Below are positions 1 to 9,641 of a DNA stretch of 64,000 nt, piece after piece. A program made the translations under genes and the position numbers. Origin of the DNA: Candidatus Bathyarchaeia archaeon (GTDB lineage: Archaea > Thermoproteota > Bathyarchaeia > Bathyarchaeales > Bathycorpusculaceae); contig JBEKBM010000004.1 in assembly GCA_050015395.1 (NCBI GenBank), forward strand, positions 32,001 through 96,000. The letters are read 5' to 3'. Each line of letters starts with the position of its first letter. The stretch's first letter is position 1. Below the pieces are notes generated by a model that was not told the origin of the DNA, did not search any database, and worked only from the letters and a program-made list of their open reading frames with translations.

Positions 1-592
1 CGTATTTATCTTCGATTCGGGCTGCTCGATAATGGTCAACACCGACAAAATCGAAGAGTTTCCAATCAACCGCTTCCCAGATCAGTGATGCATACGTTAG
101 TTTTCCATGAAACTCTTTTCTCACAGCATCATTCACTCTGGTCAAAAATTCATTAAGTGGCTTGTTGTGCTCTCCAGCTTTGACGCGCACCCAATTTTTG
201 GGATTGCGTAGTCGATCCATGAGTCGCCTGCCTTCTATTATACCATGCATGAAGAGAGTGAACTCGGAACCGACGCTGAATACCAGCTGATCTGGCCATT
301 GCTGACGTAATGATTCTGCTGCTGTAGCCGCCTTCGTAACGTACTTAAGCGTCTTCTCTTGGCTTTTCTCCCACAGCTCTGGCGAAAGCCAAACTTCCAG
401 CCCCTGTTTCAAGGCGTCCTCGACGGCAATCATCAGGCGGTCGATATTGAGGCCGCATATTCTTACGGCATTGCAGTGCAAGTCATTTTTGATAATCTCG
501 AGCTCACGATGCACAACTTTTGGGTCAAAGTTAGGACGCCAATTAATTCCCATCACTCGGCCTGCATCATAAGAAACCCCTTTTCGCTTCAT
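1..592 (-). CDS. Uncharacterised glycoside-hydrolase-like TIM-barrel protein (often annotated 'abortive infection protein'); runs off the left edge
   Basis: Not in the ORF track. Manual translation from ATG 592, which overlaps the tetR stop (ATGA): MKRKGVSYDAGRVMGINWRPNFDPKVVHRELEIIKNDLHCNAVRICG...GLEVWLSPELW...VFSVGSEFTLF. Confidence 0.65.
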   Translation of the reverse strand, partial: MKRKGVSYDAGRVMGINWRPNFDPKVVHRELEIIKNDLHCNAVRICGLNIDRLMIAVEDALKQGLEVWLSPELWEKSQEKTLKYVTKAATAAESLRQQWPDQLVFSVGSEFTLFMHGIIEGRRLMDRLRNPKNWVRVKAGEHNKPLNEFLTRVNDAVRKEFHGKLTYASLIWEAVDWKLFDFVGVDHYRAARIEDKY

Positions 593-1215
593 TGAGGTCG
601 CTTTCCTTCCTGCCCGTCTGGCTTGAGTATTCGCATAATAATTTTGACTTCGGGAAAATGCTTTTTTGCGTCCTCGGGGTCTAGCCAAGTTGTTCTTTTT
701 ACTAATCCGTCGAAACATGCCATCAGGGCAGTCATCAGCTGGTCTGGGTCATCCTTTGCAATCTCGCCGGATGCTTGGCCTTCAACGATAAGCTGCCGCA
801 TGATGTCTTGAATAACACGGCCATTACTTTGAACAAGCTGCCGAAGATCATTAGGCATAGTATCGTCAGCCAAAACCTGGTAAAAAAACTGGTAGAATCC
901 TGGGTGTTCGCGTCTATCTTCTAACAAATATGAAACTAAGAGTGCAAGGCGCTTGCCCGGCGTTCCTTGGATTTCCCGGATGCGTGCAGCAGGTCCGCCG
1001 CCGTCTTGCGCCGCCTGCTTTACCAGTGTGGTTAACATTTCCTCTTTGCTGGCAAAGTACCGATATGCTAATCCCTGACTGACTCCAGCTTCAGCAGCCA
1101 CGTCAGCCATGGTGGCCGCCTTGCCCTTCCGTGCAAAGACTTTTTTGGCTGCGCTCAGGATTTTTGTGCGTTGTTCTTCGCGAATTTGTTGATTTGCTTC
1201 GTCTGTTTTTGGCAT
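589..1215 (-). CDS. TetR/AcrR family transcriptional regulator
   Basis: N-terminal HTH ILSAAKKVFARKG..ATMADVAAEAGVSQGLAYRYFASKEE. Confidence 0.92.
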   Translation of the reverse strand: MPKTDEANQQIREEQRTKILSAAKKVFARKGKAATMADVAAEAGVSQGLAYRYFASKEEMLTTLVKQAAQDGGGPAARIREIQGTPGKRLALLVSYLLEDRREHPGFYQFFYQVLADDTMPNDLRQLVQSNGRVIQDIMRQLIVEGQASGEIAKDDPDQLMTALMACFDGLVKRTTWLDPEDAKKHFPEVKIIMRILKPDGQEGKRPQ

Positions 1216-1233
1216 TTCGTTAAACCTTGTAGA

Positions 1234-1252
1234 TGAATGAATAATTCATTCA
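1234..1252. promoter_or_regulatory. Putative TetR operator (perfect 9-1-9 inverted repeat TGAATGAAT-A-ATTCATTCA)
   Basis: Palindrome lies between the TATA-like sequence and the tetR start codon. Confidence 0.7.
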
Positions 1253-1429
1253 CTTAATAAGGGTATCCGCTTGGATGGTAGACCAGCGAATAGTGCAAAG
1301 CAAAACTTGGTAAACTAAAAAAGAGAAACTCGAGAGTGCTATCACCATTGAGGTATTTCAGACCCAGCGGTCCCACCACAACCTCAATTCTGCCTATTCT
1401 ATGAAAAACGTAAGATCAAGATTTAGTGA

Positions 1430-1819
1430 TTATTTTAGCATGACTGCTTCTTTCAAGTTTTTGAAGTGGGGGTCTCCGGTTAACACTTTGGATTTCAGTT
1501 GCCTTGCAGTAGCTAGTACGTAGGCATCAGCAAGGCCAAAGTCTTTTTCAGTTTTTCTCATTTCAGCATGGAGTAAACCTGTTTTTTTAGAGAGTTCTTC
1601 GTCAGCATTTAGAATTTGGGAATTACTTAGGAGTATGTCAAAGGCTTTTTCAACGTCTTGTTTGTCTCGTGCAACTTTGCTTATGACTTCAGCAACCGTA
1701 ACAGCACATGTGTAGACCTCAACATTTTCTTTCTCTATAATCTCGTTAACTTTAGCGCCCACATCACTTCCAATTAAGTATTCAACCCAAGCATAGGCGT
1801 CAATTACATACCTAATCAC
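1430..1819 (-). CDS. vapC: VapC PIN-domain toxin
   Basis: YVIDAYAWVEY, TVAEV, GLADAYVLATA, LTGDPHF PIN motifs; overlaps the upstream antitoxin. Confidence 0.9.
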   Translation of the reverse strand: MIRYVIDAYAWVEYLIGSDVGAKVNEIIEKENVEVYTCAVTVAEVISKVARDKQDVEKAFDILLSNSQILNADEELSKKTGLLHAEMRKTEKDFGLADAYVLATARQLKSKVLTGDPHFKNLKEAVMLK

Positions 1820-2012
1820 GTGTCTTCAACTCATCCTCAACAGTGAAAGCCGACAATTTTTTTAAAGCGCCAAAACCCGACTTTCGACATTTCTTAATCG
1901 TTAGTTCCACAAATTCGTTCTCTTTGATTTTTTGACTTTTCACCAATTCACTGGGCAGAGTAACAACTATTGAGCCTCCGACCTTGCGAGTTTTGGCTAA
2001 GCATCCGACCAA
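1812..2012 (-). CDS. vapB: AbrB/MazE-type antitoxin (VapB)
   Basis: KTRKVGGSIVVTLP AbrB motif; directly upstream of the PIN gene. Confidence 0.85.
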   Translation of the reverse strand: MVGCLAKTRKVGGSIVVTLPSELVKSQKIKENEFVELTIKKCRKSGFGALKKLSAFTVEDELKTRD

Positions 2013-2035
2013 AATAACACAACCATGATTATTTA

Positions 2036-2368
2036 TTATACACTAGTGACATATATTTTTTGCGCAGAAACTAAGGTTAACCATGCCGACCATTGGTTCT
2101 GCGAATGCATGCTCCTTCTATAATATCTAGTTCCCCAGATCACCCACATCAAGCCGATCAGCAGACCCGCGATAGCTAGCGAGACTATTGTCACGATGAC
2201 GTTCTGAAACAGGCTAAAACCCCGCGACCAGTAGAGCGCGTAGAAGAGAATGAAGACAAGCCACGCTATTACGCCGAGGATTGAAAAAATGATAGGTGCG
2301 ATAGAGCCTCCGTACCATTGGGATTGGTTAGTTTCGATACTATTAACATGATTTGTCAATTCCTTCAC
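2036..2368 (-). CDS. Small two-TM membrane protein
   Basis: Two hydrophobic helices; GGTGA SD/GTG start. Confidence 0.6.
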   Translation of the reverse strand: MKELTNHVNSIETNQSQWYGGSIAPIIFSILGVIAWLVFILFYALYWSRGFSLFQNVIVTIVSLAIAGLLIGLMWVIWGTRYYRRSMHSQNQWSAWLTLVSAQKIYVTSV

Positions 2369-2441
2369 CTTTAAGGATAAATGTCAATTTTTAACTTTAT
2401 AAAATCATCGTTGGTGATAATAAGTATAGGTAGCAGTAAGC

Positions 2442-3074
2442 GTGGAAAAAACGGATGAGTATACTAAGCAGAATGAAGAGCTGTGGGATTCGAGAGCTGA
2501 GACCTATGATAGAAGGTTCGGTTTTACCCGCTGGACGCAAAAGAAATTGGTCTCCATTTTGGAATTGGGAGAAAACCCGTATTTTCTAGACATAGGTTGT
2601 GGCACAGGTTGGGCTGTGCGCTACGCAGCCAATTTGGCTCATGGACGAGGAGAATTCTATGGTATCGATAATTCGTCGAAAATGATTAAGACGGCAGAAG
2701 CAAACTCTTCAAGCCATAAGAACATCCATTTTTACAAAGCCAACGCTGAGAGCCTTCCTTTCGACAATAACTTCTTTGACCTAATCATTTCCACAAATGC
2801 TTTTCATCACTTCGCCAGCCCTGACAAAGTTTTAAAAGAGGCATACCGCGTGTTGAAGCCAAAAGGGAGAATCTACATTTTCGACGTAACTGCAGACAAC
2901 TTCATGATTAGAATCTTGGACGGATTAAGTAAGAAGCGAGAACAAGGTCATGTAAAAATATATTCAACACGGGAATACCAAACTTTGTTTGAAAACTCGG
3001 GCCTACAATATGCGGGTCATAAAACGGTAATAGTTTCCATGAAAACTCACATCGGCGAAAAAGTCTCCCAGTAA
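2442..3074 (+). CDS. Class I SAM-dependent methyltransferase
   Basis: LDIGCGTG motif I; LPFDNNFFDLI; AFHH. Confidence 0.88.
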   Translation: MEKTDEYTKQNEELWDSRAETYDRRFGFTRWTQKKLVSILELGENPYFLDIGCGTGWAVRYAANLAHGRGEFYGIDNSSKMIKTAEANSSSHKNIHFYKANAESLPFDNNFFDLIISTNAFHHFASPDKVLKEAYRVLKPKGRIYIFDVTADNFMIRILDGLSKKREQGHVKIYSTREYQTLFENSGLQYAGHKTVIVSMKTHIGEKVSQ

Positions 3075-3112
3075 CCGAGTCATCTTTTTTTATGTTGCAG
3101 GAATCAGAGGTG

Positions 3113-4114
3113 TTATGCTGATTTCCTATTTCTTAGTGTTTCGATGGCTTTTTCTGCCCATTTCGAATCACTCCAAAGCGCTCTGCCCACTGCCACCAAA
3201 TCAACTTTTCCTTCACTTACCAGTTTATCCGCGAATCCAGGCTCGCTGATTCCTCCCACACCGATAACGGGAACGCTAACTGCTTTCTTAATTTCACTTG
3301 CCTGTGGAACAAAATAGCCTTTTACTTGCCGCAGCTGTTTAGGTTCGCTTCCGCACATGCCCCCAGACACATCAACAATATCCACTCCAGACTGCTCAAG
3401 CTTCTTGGCAAACGTCACAGAATCTTCTATATGTGTTCCGCTGGGGGCTAAATCGTCCGAGCCTAACCTGTAGAGCAAAAGTTTGCCCTTGAGGCGTTCA
3501 CGCACCCTTCCAACAATCAACAGGGGAAAGCGCATCCGGTTCTCTAAAGACCCACCATACTCATCACCCCGCTTGTTAAACAAAGGCGAAAAGAACTGGT
3601 TAAGCAAGTAACCGTGCGCTCCATGAAGCTCAACCCCGTCAAAACCAGCTTTAACCGCACGCTCAGCAGCCAAAGCAAACTCGTCAGCGATAGCTTCCAT
3701 TTCATTTACTTCCAACATGCGCGTTTTATCCCTTGCTGAGGGTCCAGCTGGTTCGGCGCCGATGACTTTTTTGTTTGTAACGCCCCCTGCATGAGATATC
3801 TGTACAACCGCGGGAGCACCAACCTCATGTACCCGCTTTGCGAGCTTCTCAAAACCACTAATTAACGAGTCATCATAGATTCCAAGTTGCTTAGGGCCTA
3901 TCTTTCCAGTCGGCGAAATATAAGCGTGTTCAACAATGGGCAAACCTAACGCTGATGAGCGTCGAACGTAAAAGTTAATCAGCTTGTTAGTTACGGCGCC
4001 TTCAAAAGTTGCCCTTCCCGTCTGCATGGGCGGCATAACAATGCGGTTCCTAAGAGTGTAACCCTTCACTTTCAGAGGCTCAATTAAACCTGGCAAACAC
4101 TGACACCGTTGCAA
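3113..4114 (-). CDS. NADH:flavin oxidoreductase (Old Yellow Enzyme family)
   Basis: RNRIVMPPM, GFDGVELHGAHGYLLNQF, DLVAVGRA. Confidence 0.92.
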   Translation of the reverse strand: MQRCQCLPGLIEPLKVKGYTLRNRIVMPPMQTGRATFEGAVTNKLINFYVRRSSALGLPIVEHAYISPTGKIGPKQLGIYDDSLISGFEKLAKRVHEVGAPAVVQISHAGGVTNKKVIGAEPAGPSARDKTRMLEVNEMEAIADEFALAAERAVKAGFDGVELHGAHGYLLNQFFSPLFNKRGDEYGGSLENRMRFPLLIVGRVRERLKGKLLLYRLGSDDLAPSGTHIEDSVTFAKKLEQSGVDIVDVSGGMCGSEPKQLRQVKGYFVPQASEIKKAVSVPVIGVGGISEPGFADKLVSEGKVDLVAVGRALWSDSKWAEKAIETLRNRKSA

Positions 4115-4381
4115 TGAATGGGTGATGCGGCGCTATAATAACATATCAATCAACCTGAGTTTTTCCAAAATTTTCATTATTTTTAGGTTGCGTGTCATGT
4201 GAGACGTCACCATTATCCATAATCATTCCTTTGGATTGCGAACATGGAAGAAGCATTCTTTCAAGGCATTGACGAATAAATACTTGGGTTTGGCAATCAA
4301 ATTGAAGGTCTCCCGATGGTTGAGGTTGCGTCTACCCAAAAGGTTTATTTTTCTATTGTAAAACATTGCTCTGTGATTGTC

Positions 4382-5149
4382 ATGGATATTCTTGAAGTCA
4401 AAAATTTGACTGTTAAGGTTGAGGGAAAGCCTATCCTCAAAGACGTGACTTTCAGCCTTAAAAGCGGCGAGAGTCACATTCTTTTCGGACCGAATGGTTC
4501 TGGAAAAACGACCCTCATAAGTGCAATTATGGGTCTTCCAACTTACGAAGCAACTTCAGGAACAATCTTGTTCAATGGAACCGACATTACCACCAAGACT
4601 GTGGAGGAAAGGGCGAAACTTGGAATGGCTGTCAGCTTCCAAAATCCTCCTGAAATCACCGGCGTGAAGCTCGTAGACTTATTGAAGCTATGTCTTGGCA
4701 AGAAAACGGAGGATCCGTTCAGCGCAGAAGAACAGCGGCTTATTGAAGCCTTCAGATTAACAGACTTCTTGAACAGAGACCTCAACGTTGGCTTCTCCGG
4801 CGGCGAAAGAAAACGCTCCGAAATTCTTCAGTTGATTTTCCTTAAGCCCAAGCTTCTCCTTCTGGACGAGCCTGACTCGGGCGTAGACGTAGAAAGCCTG
4901 AAGCTGATTGCTACTGAAATCCAGCGTTACGTGGAAAACAGCGGAAGCTCAGCTTTAGTGATAACTCACAAAGGCGATATACTGGAGTATGTTAAAGCGA
5001 AGTATGGGTGCATCCTTTTAGACGGGCAGTTTCACTGTTTCACTCACCCCATGAGAATATATGAGGACATAAAGAAGGTGGGTTACGAAGAATGCGTAGC
5101 CTGCAGAAGAAGAACAGTCGGGGGCTGGAAAACTGACAAAAGAGAGTGA
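4382..5149 (+). CDS. sufC: Fe-S cluster assembly ABC ATPase SufC/SmsC (probable start ATG 4382)
   Basis: GPNGSGKTT, FSGGERKR, LLLDEPDSGVD; C-terminal cysteines (C...C...CVAC) as in SmsC. Confidence 0.9.
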   Translation: MDILEVKNLTVKVEGKPILKDVTFSLKSGESHILFGPNGSGKTTLISAIMGLPTYEATSGTILFNGTDITTKTVEERAKLGMAVSFQNPPEITGVKLVDLLKLCLGKKTEDPFSAEEQRLIEAFRLTDFLNRDLNVGFSGGERKRSEILQLIFLKPKLLLLDEPDSGVDVESLKLIATEIQRYVENSGSSALVITHKGDILEYVKAKYGCILLDGQFHCFTHPMRIYEDIKKVGYEECVACRRRTVGGWKTDKRE

Positions 5150-5150
5150 A

Positions 5151-6257
5151 TTGACAAAACTTCCGCACAGAATTCTTGAAGAAGCGCAAAAGGCTGGCAT
5201 TGAACCAAACGACAAGAACCGTTCAGGCACCTATTTCCACTTGAACCAAACAACCGTCCAGACAGCAGTCAACCAGCTTTTCGAAGGAAAAATCGAGCTA
5301 ATGGACATTAAGGATGCCCTGAAAAAGTACTCCTGGCTCAACGATTATATGTGGAAAATAATTGACCAGAACAAGGACGAGTACACCAAAAGAGTAGCTG
5401 AGGACTACAGCGGAGGTTACTTCATACGGATACTTCCAGGCGCCGAAGTGGAGTTTCCTCTCCAATCATGCCTCATGATCACGCAGAAGAATCTTGAACA
5501 ACGAGTGCACAACATCATAATCGCCGAGGAAGATTCAAATGCACACATAATCACCAGTTGCCTTCAGCACTCAACGGTTGAAAACGCATCGCATCTAGGT
5601 GTATCAGAAATCTATGTCAAAAAAGGTGCTATGCTCAACTTTACGATGATCCACCAATGGAGCGAGAACACTTTGGTACGACCTAGAAGCGCCGCCGAAA
5701 TAGCTGACAAGGCCACATTCGTGTCGAACTACGTATGCATGCGCCCCGTCATGGACATACAAATGTATCCGGCAGCGTACTGCAAAGGCGAAGACTCACG
5801 GGTAAGCTTCAACAGCATCTTGTACGGGCACAAAAATTCGCAGTTGGACATTGGATCCAAGGCTGTTCTGACTGGAAAAGGAAGTAAAGCAGAGATGATT
5901 AGCCGCGCCATCTCCCGTGAGGGCTCAAAAATGACAATCAGAGGCATGATAGAAGGTGACAGTTCAGACTGCAAGGGCCATTTGGAGTGCCGTGGCTTGC
6001 TCATGGATAACGAATCGTTCATGGAATCCATACCTGAACTAATCGCAAAAAAGAAAGGCGTAGAGATAACTCATGAGGCAGCAGTGGGAAAAATCTCGGA
6101 AAAAGAAATTACCTATCTCATGACACGAAAACTATCGCGCGACCAAGCCGTTTCGCTGATCATACGCGGTTTCATGGATGTAGGTATACTTGGCCTGCCA
6201 GACACTCTTAACGCAGAGATCAAGAAAATAGTAGAAGCCTCTACAGAAAACACATAG
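5151..6257 (+). CDS. sufB: SufB/SufD-family Fe-S scaffold (SmsB)
   Basis: KGHLECRGL, ITHEAAVGKI, LIIRGF motifs; co-transcribed with sufC. Confidence 0.9.
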   Translation: MTKLPHRILEEAQKAGIEPNDKNRSGTYFHLNQTTVQTAVNQLFEGKIELMDIKDALKKYSWLNDYMWKIIDQNKDEYTKRVAEDYSGGYFIRILPGAEVEFPLQSCLMITQKNLEQRVHNIIIAEEDSNAHIITSCLQHSTVENASHLGVSEIYVKKGAMLNFTMIHQWSENTLVRPRSAAEIADKATFVSNYVCMRPVMDIQMYPAAYCKGEDSRVSFNSILYGHKNSQLDIGSKAVLTGKGSKAEMISRAISREGSKMTIRGMIEGDSSDCKGHLECRGLLMDNESFMESIPELIAKKKGVEITHEAAVGKISEKEITYLMTRKLSRDQAVSLIIRGFMDVGILGLPDTLNAEIKKIVEASTENT

Positions 6258-6399
6258 CAACGCATGGCAGTTTAGTCAAACAAAAAAGCGAGCAATAAAT
6301 GAAGTAGAGTCTCTTGCGCACCAATATTTTATTTTTACGGCTATAAAAATAGCGGCTCGGCTCGCGAAAATTTAAAGAGAGCCATTTAGGAAAGATAAG

Positions 6400-6502
6400 T
6401 GGCGCCCAGGCCGGGATTTGGACCCGGATCAGGCCACGATTTTGTTCGTGATGTCCTGCGGGCGACAGCCGCATATACTAGACCGAACTATACTACCTGG
6501 GC
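6400..6502 (-). tRNA. tRNA-Asp(GUC) with encoded CCA and a 25-nt intron (6428-6452) at non-canonical position 48/49
   Basis: Acceptor GCCCAGG/CCTGGGC+GCCA; anticodon stem TGCGG/CCGCA with loop CTGTCGC; T arm CCGGG-TCCAAAT-CCCGG; insert forms a strict BHB. Confidence 0.92.
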
Positions 6503-6682
6503 TATCTGTATGATGGCCTAAGCGCCGCATCAATACACGATAATTTAACTAATTAATCTTTTCTCGGAAATGATGTTGAACAGTTTGTTAGAAAACCTCT
6601 CTTTCAGCTTGCTGTCTTTAAAGGGTGAATTAGCGGCAATTTTAATATGCCACAGGTTATTTATTGATGAAATTGAGGGTAG

Positions 6683-8596
6683 GTGAAGAGGGTAATAAAG
6701 AGCACTGCTTACTCAGCGGTTCTGCAAAAATACTGGATCGCAATATTGCTATTGCTGCTGGCTTTAGCGTCGTTTCCCTCAGTTTACGTCGCTCTCTTAA
6801 CCGCGTTAATCTTCACTTTTCTGGTTCCAGGCTTGATTTTCTACCGGTTTTTCTCGTTGAAATCTCATGAAATATGGGCTTTTGTGCCTATTTTCAGCGT
6901 TTTAGTCTCTGTCCAATTCATTTACTATTTATCGTTGGCGTTTGGCTACTCGCGGGACACAATTCTCTTTAGCTTTCTCGCTTTAGTAGCACTCTACACG
7001 CTGGTGGTTTACAAGAAAGGCGAACCGTTAAAGCCTCCAAAGTTTCTCAAGCTAAAACAGATTAAGAAAACAAGCCTTCTGCTTTTCACCATAATTTTCC
7101 TCATTTCCCTTGTTGTTCTGGTCAAGAGCGTGTGGGTTGGCAATCAGTATGGTATAGTTTTGACTGGTTCTAACTGGCAAGATACACCTTTGCATTATGA
7201 GATAATTGAGAGTATAAACAACGGTAATTTTCCGCCGCAAATGCCCAATTTTGCAGGGCAGCTGGAGACTTATCATTACTTTGTTGATTTTCACACGGCC
7301 ATAATGGAGAAGGTTTATGGTTATTTGCCGACTCTTTTGCCTGTTTTAAACGCGGTTTTCATACTTGTTTTTGCCCTCGCAATTTACGCTTTAGCAAGGC
7401 CGAATGGAAGGCGCGCCGCAATAATTGCCACTGTTATCGCCACGTTCGGTTGGGGGTTGAGCTACTTTGGGCTTTTTTCCGCGTTGCTCCACGGGTCCTT
7501 TAATGTGAACCAAAATTACATTTACCAGTATGGCGGCACGTTTGGTTTGCCCTCGATATTTGACAATTTGCTGCAGCAGAGACCTCTTCTAATGGGTTTG
7601 CCAGCGTTTGCGTTTGTTTTAGCCTTGCTATGGAACATGGATGACAAAAAAAGAATGCTGTTAGCTGGCGTCATCACTGGTTTAGTGTTCGAATTTCATA
7701 ACGTGGCATTCCTTTGTTGCTACGTCGCCTTCTTTGTCGCCATTTTATTTAACTTTAAACGCTCCAACATTAGAAGTTGCCTGTACTTTTTGGTGCCAAG
7801 CGTCTTCGCGCTACCTTTTATTTTACATAATGGACCTCCACTATCAATTACGCTAAGCACTGTTTGGATAGCTAATTTCGCGAAGGACCCGTTTACTTAT
7901 TACTTTTTATGCTTGGGTATTCCCTTCGTTATAGCTATTGTTTCTTTTGTGAAACCTGGAAACGAGCTTCTGAAAGGAACGTTTCTCTTGTTATTCCTTG
8001 TTCCCAACATTCTTTTGTTGACGCCTAACCCGTGGGACATGTACAAATTCTTCATTTTCGCGTGGATTCCAATAGCCGTACTGGCTGGCGTAATGTTGGC
8101 TAAGACAAGAAAAGTCCTCCTTTTAACACTGGTCCTGCTTTGTATTCTAACTTCGGCAAGCGTTATCATCTATAATGTTGGAACAAATTATACAGCGGCA
8201 AGCTGGAATGAATATCAGCTTGGGCTTTGGGTGCGGAATAACACGCCTGAGCGTTCTGTCTTTTTAACGTATTATTCTATTCAGACGCCTGTAGCGTTTA
8301 TTGGTGGCAGATTGACCGTGTCATCTTACATAAATTGGCCTTATGGACAAGGAGTACCGCTTAGTGAAATTTACCAACGAGACGCCGCTATTGATAGTGC
8401 ATACAACGGGACTGCAAGTGACTTAAAGGCGGTTATACTCGAGTACAATGTTACTTACGTGTACGTGGGGGTTGATGAGCTGAGCCATTATCCTGGTTGC
8501 GAGGCAAGATTTGATAATATAACTTGGTTGACGCCGGTTTACACCAACCAAAACCTAGAGATATACCAAGTAAATTTAGCCCAGATGGGCACTTAA
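6683..8596 (+). CDS. Polytopic membrane protein, GT-C glycosyltransferase-like
   Basis: About 13 TM segments; loop WQDTPLH...FPPQMPNFAG..YHYFVD; C-terminal WVRNNTP...YVYVG..E domain. Confidence 0.6.
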   Translation: MKRVIKSTAYSAVLQKYWIAILLLLLALASFPSVYVALLTALIFTFLVPGLIFYRFFSLKSHEIWAFVPIFSVLVSVQFIYYLSLAFGYSRDTILFSFLALVALYTLVVYKKGEPLKPPKFLKLKQIKKTSLLLFTIIFLISLVVLVKSVWVGNQYGIVLTGSNWQDTPLHYEIIESINNGNFPPQMPNFAGQLETYHYFVDFHTAIMEKVYGYLPTLLPVLNAVFILVFALAIYALARPNGRRAAIIATVIATFGWGLSYFGLFSALLHGSFNVNQNYIYQYGGTFGLPSIFDNLLQQRPLLMGLPAFAFVLALLWNMDDKKRMLLAGVITGLVFEFHNVAFLCCYVAFFVAILFNFKRSNIRSCLYFLVPSVFALPFILHNGPPLSITLSTVWIANFAKDPFTYYFLCLGIPFVIAIVSFVKPGNELLKGTFLLLFLVPNILLLTPNPWDMYKFFIFAWIPIAVLAGVMLAKTRKVLLLTLVLLCILTSASVIIYNVGTNYTAASWNEYQLGLWVRNNTPERSVFLTYYSIQTPVAFIGGRLTVSSYINWPYGQGVPLSEIYQRDAAIDSAYNGTASDLKAVILEYNVTYVYVGVDELSHYPGCEARFDNITWLTPVYTNQNLEIYQVNLAQMGT

Positions 8597-8673
8597 ATTG
8601 CATGCAACAGAAAACCTTGTTATTCTTCACGTGGTTGTTCGCTACTGGAGCTTGGGCATTCTAAAAACCGCTC

Positions 8674-9234
8674 TTATTCACTTTCTTTGCTTTCACTGCT
8701 TGACGATTTAACGGAGCTGTTTCCTCGGAACACATAATTTAACTCTTGCAATCTTTCCCTGTTTGGAGAACCCTTTTTGCCCGTCATGTACTCGATGTCG
8801 ATTCTGCCAATCGTTGTCTTCTCAAGCTTCTCAGGTTTAATCTTAGCCAGCTTCATCTCGGGATTAAGTGAAAGTTGCCGTACTATCACTTCAATTGCGT
8901 GCTGCTTCTCGCCCAATTCGTCGATTAGATGCATTGTGCCTGAGAAGTGGACAGAGGTGTAAACGTAGTCGCACTCGTCAGTGACGCCGAAATCCAGCAC
9001 AGCCTGCCCCCAAACCCTATTGTTCGCTTTTAGGTAAACGAGTTTTTTGCCTTCAGGAGCACAGTGAAAATACACGCAGTTTTTTGTTTCATCATAACCA
9101 TGACTCAACGCAACGAGGTAGGGCTCGTTATCCATGCAGAGGGCAACAGTAACGTATTTGGTGGTTTTCAGTACTTGCCGTAACTCGTTTGGATCAGTGA
9201 TTTCTCGGTCTTTGCGTCGAACATGAAAAGACAT
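8674..9234 (-). CDS. Pyridoxamine 5'-phosphate oxidase-like FMN-binding protein (NimA family)
   Basis: RRKDREIT, PYLVALSHGY, YFHCAPEGKK, YTSVHFSG, MTGK. Confidence 0.88.
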   Translation of the reverse strand: MSFHVRRKDREITDPNELRQVLKTTKYVTVALCMDNEPYLVALSHGYDETKNCVYFHCAPEGKKLVYLKANNRVWGQAVLDFGVTDECDYVYTSVHFSGTMHLIDELGEKQHAIEVIVRQLSLNPEMKLAKIKPEKLEKTTIGRIDIEYMTGKKGSPNRERLQELNYVFRGNSSVKSSSSESKESE

Positions 9235-9384
9235 ACTTCACCGTTAAGTAGCAAGGCAATATTAACTTTTAGAGTTTCATTAGCTTCAGCTTGTGGTTGG
9301 TGTTAGCTCTTTGGGTTTTGGAGAGGCATTCCGTGTCAGGGGGCAGATTGAAACTGCTTCAGCAGGATATAAATTTATAAGGCT

Positions 9385-9406
9385 TGTAATACAAATATGT
9401 ATTACA
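9385..9406. promoter_or_regulatory. Putative antitoxin operator (TGTAATACA-AATA-TGTATTACA)
   Basis: Perfect 9-4-9 palindrome just downstream of TATA (TTTATAA) and upstream of the RHH antitoxin. Confidence 0.7.
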
Positions 9407-9413
9407 GTGATCT

Positions 9414-9641
9414 GTGATGAGTGACGTTATTACTATAAGGGTTCCACGCAAAACTAAAGAGAAACTAAAAAAATATAATGTCAACGTTAGCGAGACAGTA
9501 CGAAAAGCGCTTGAGGACTGCCTCAACGAAATGGAACAGAAGGACTTGGAAGAGAAACTAGAGCAAGTCAAACGATTAGGTGACAAAATAGACACTCAAT
9601 TATTAACTAAACTTATACGCGAAGACAGGGAAGCCCATTGA
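9414..9641 (+). CDS. vapB: Ribbon-helix-helix antitoxin (VapB/CcdA-like)
   Basis: VITIRVPRKTKEKL...VNVSETVRKAL; LIREDRE tail; overlaps the PIN gene. Confidence 0.85.
   Translation: MMSDVITIRVPRKTKEKLKKYNVNVSETVRKALEDCLNEMEQKDLEEKLEQVKRLGDKIDTQLLTKLIREDREAH

Noticed and set aside
4123-4134. 12-mer TGATGCGGCGCT also found inverted upstream of the tRNA gene (about 6520-6531)
   Set aside because: Opposite orientation relative to the promoters and no extended homology.
9320-9354. Isolated GATTGAAAC as an orphan CRISPR repeat
   Set aside because: 9-bp match only; the upstream sequence is unrelated.
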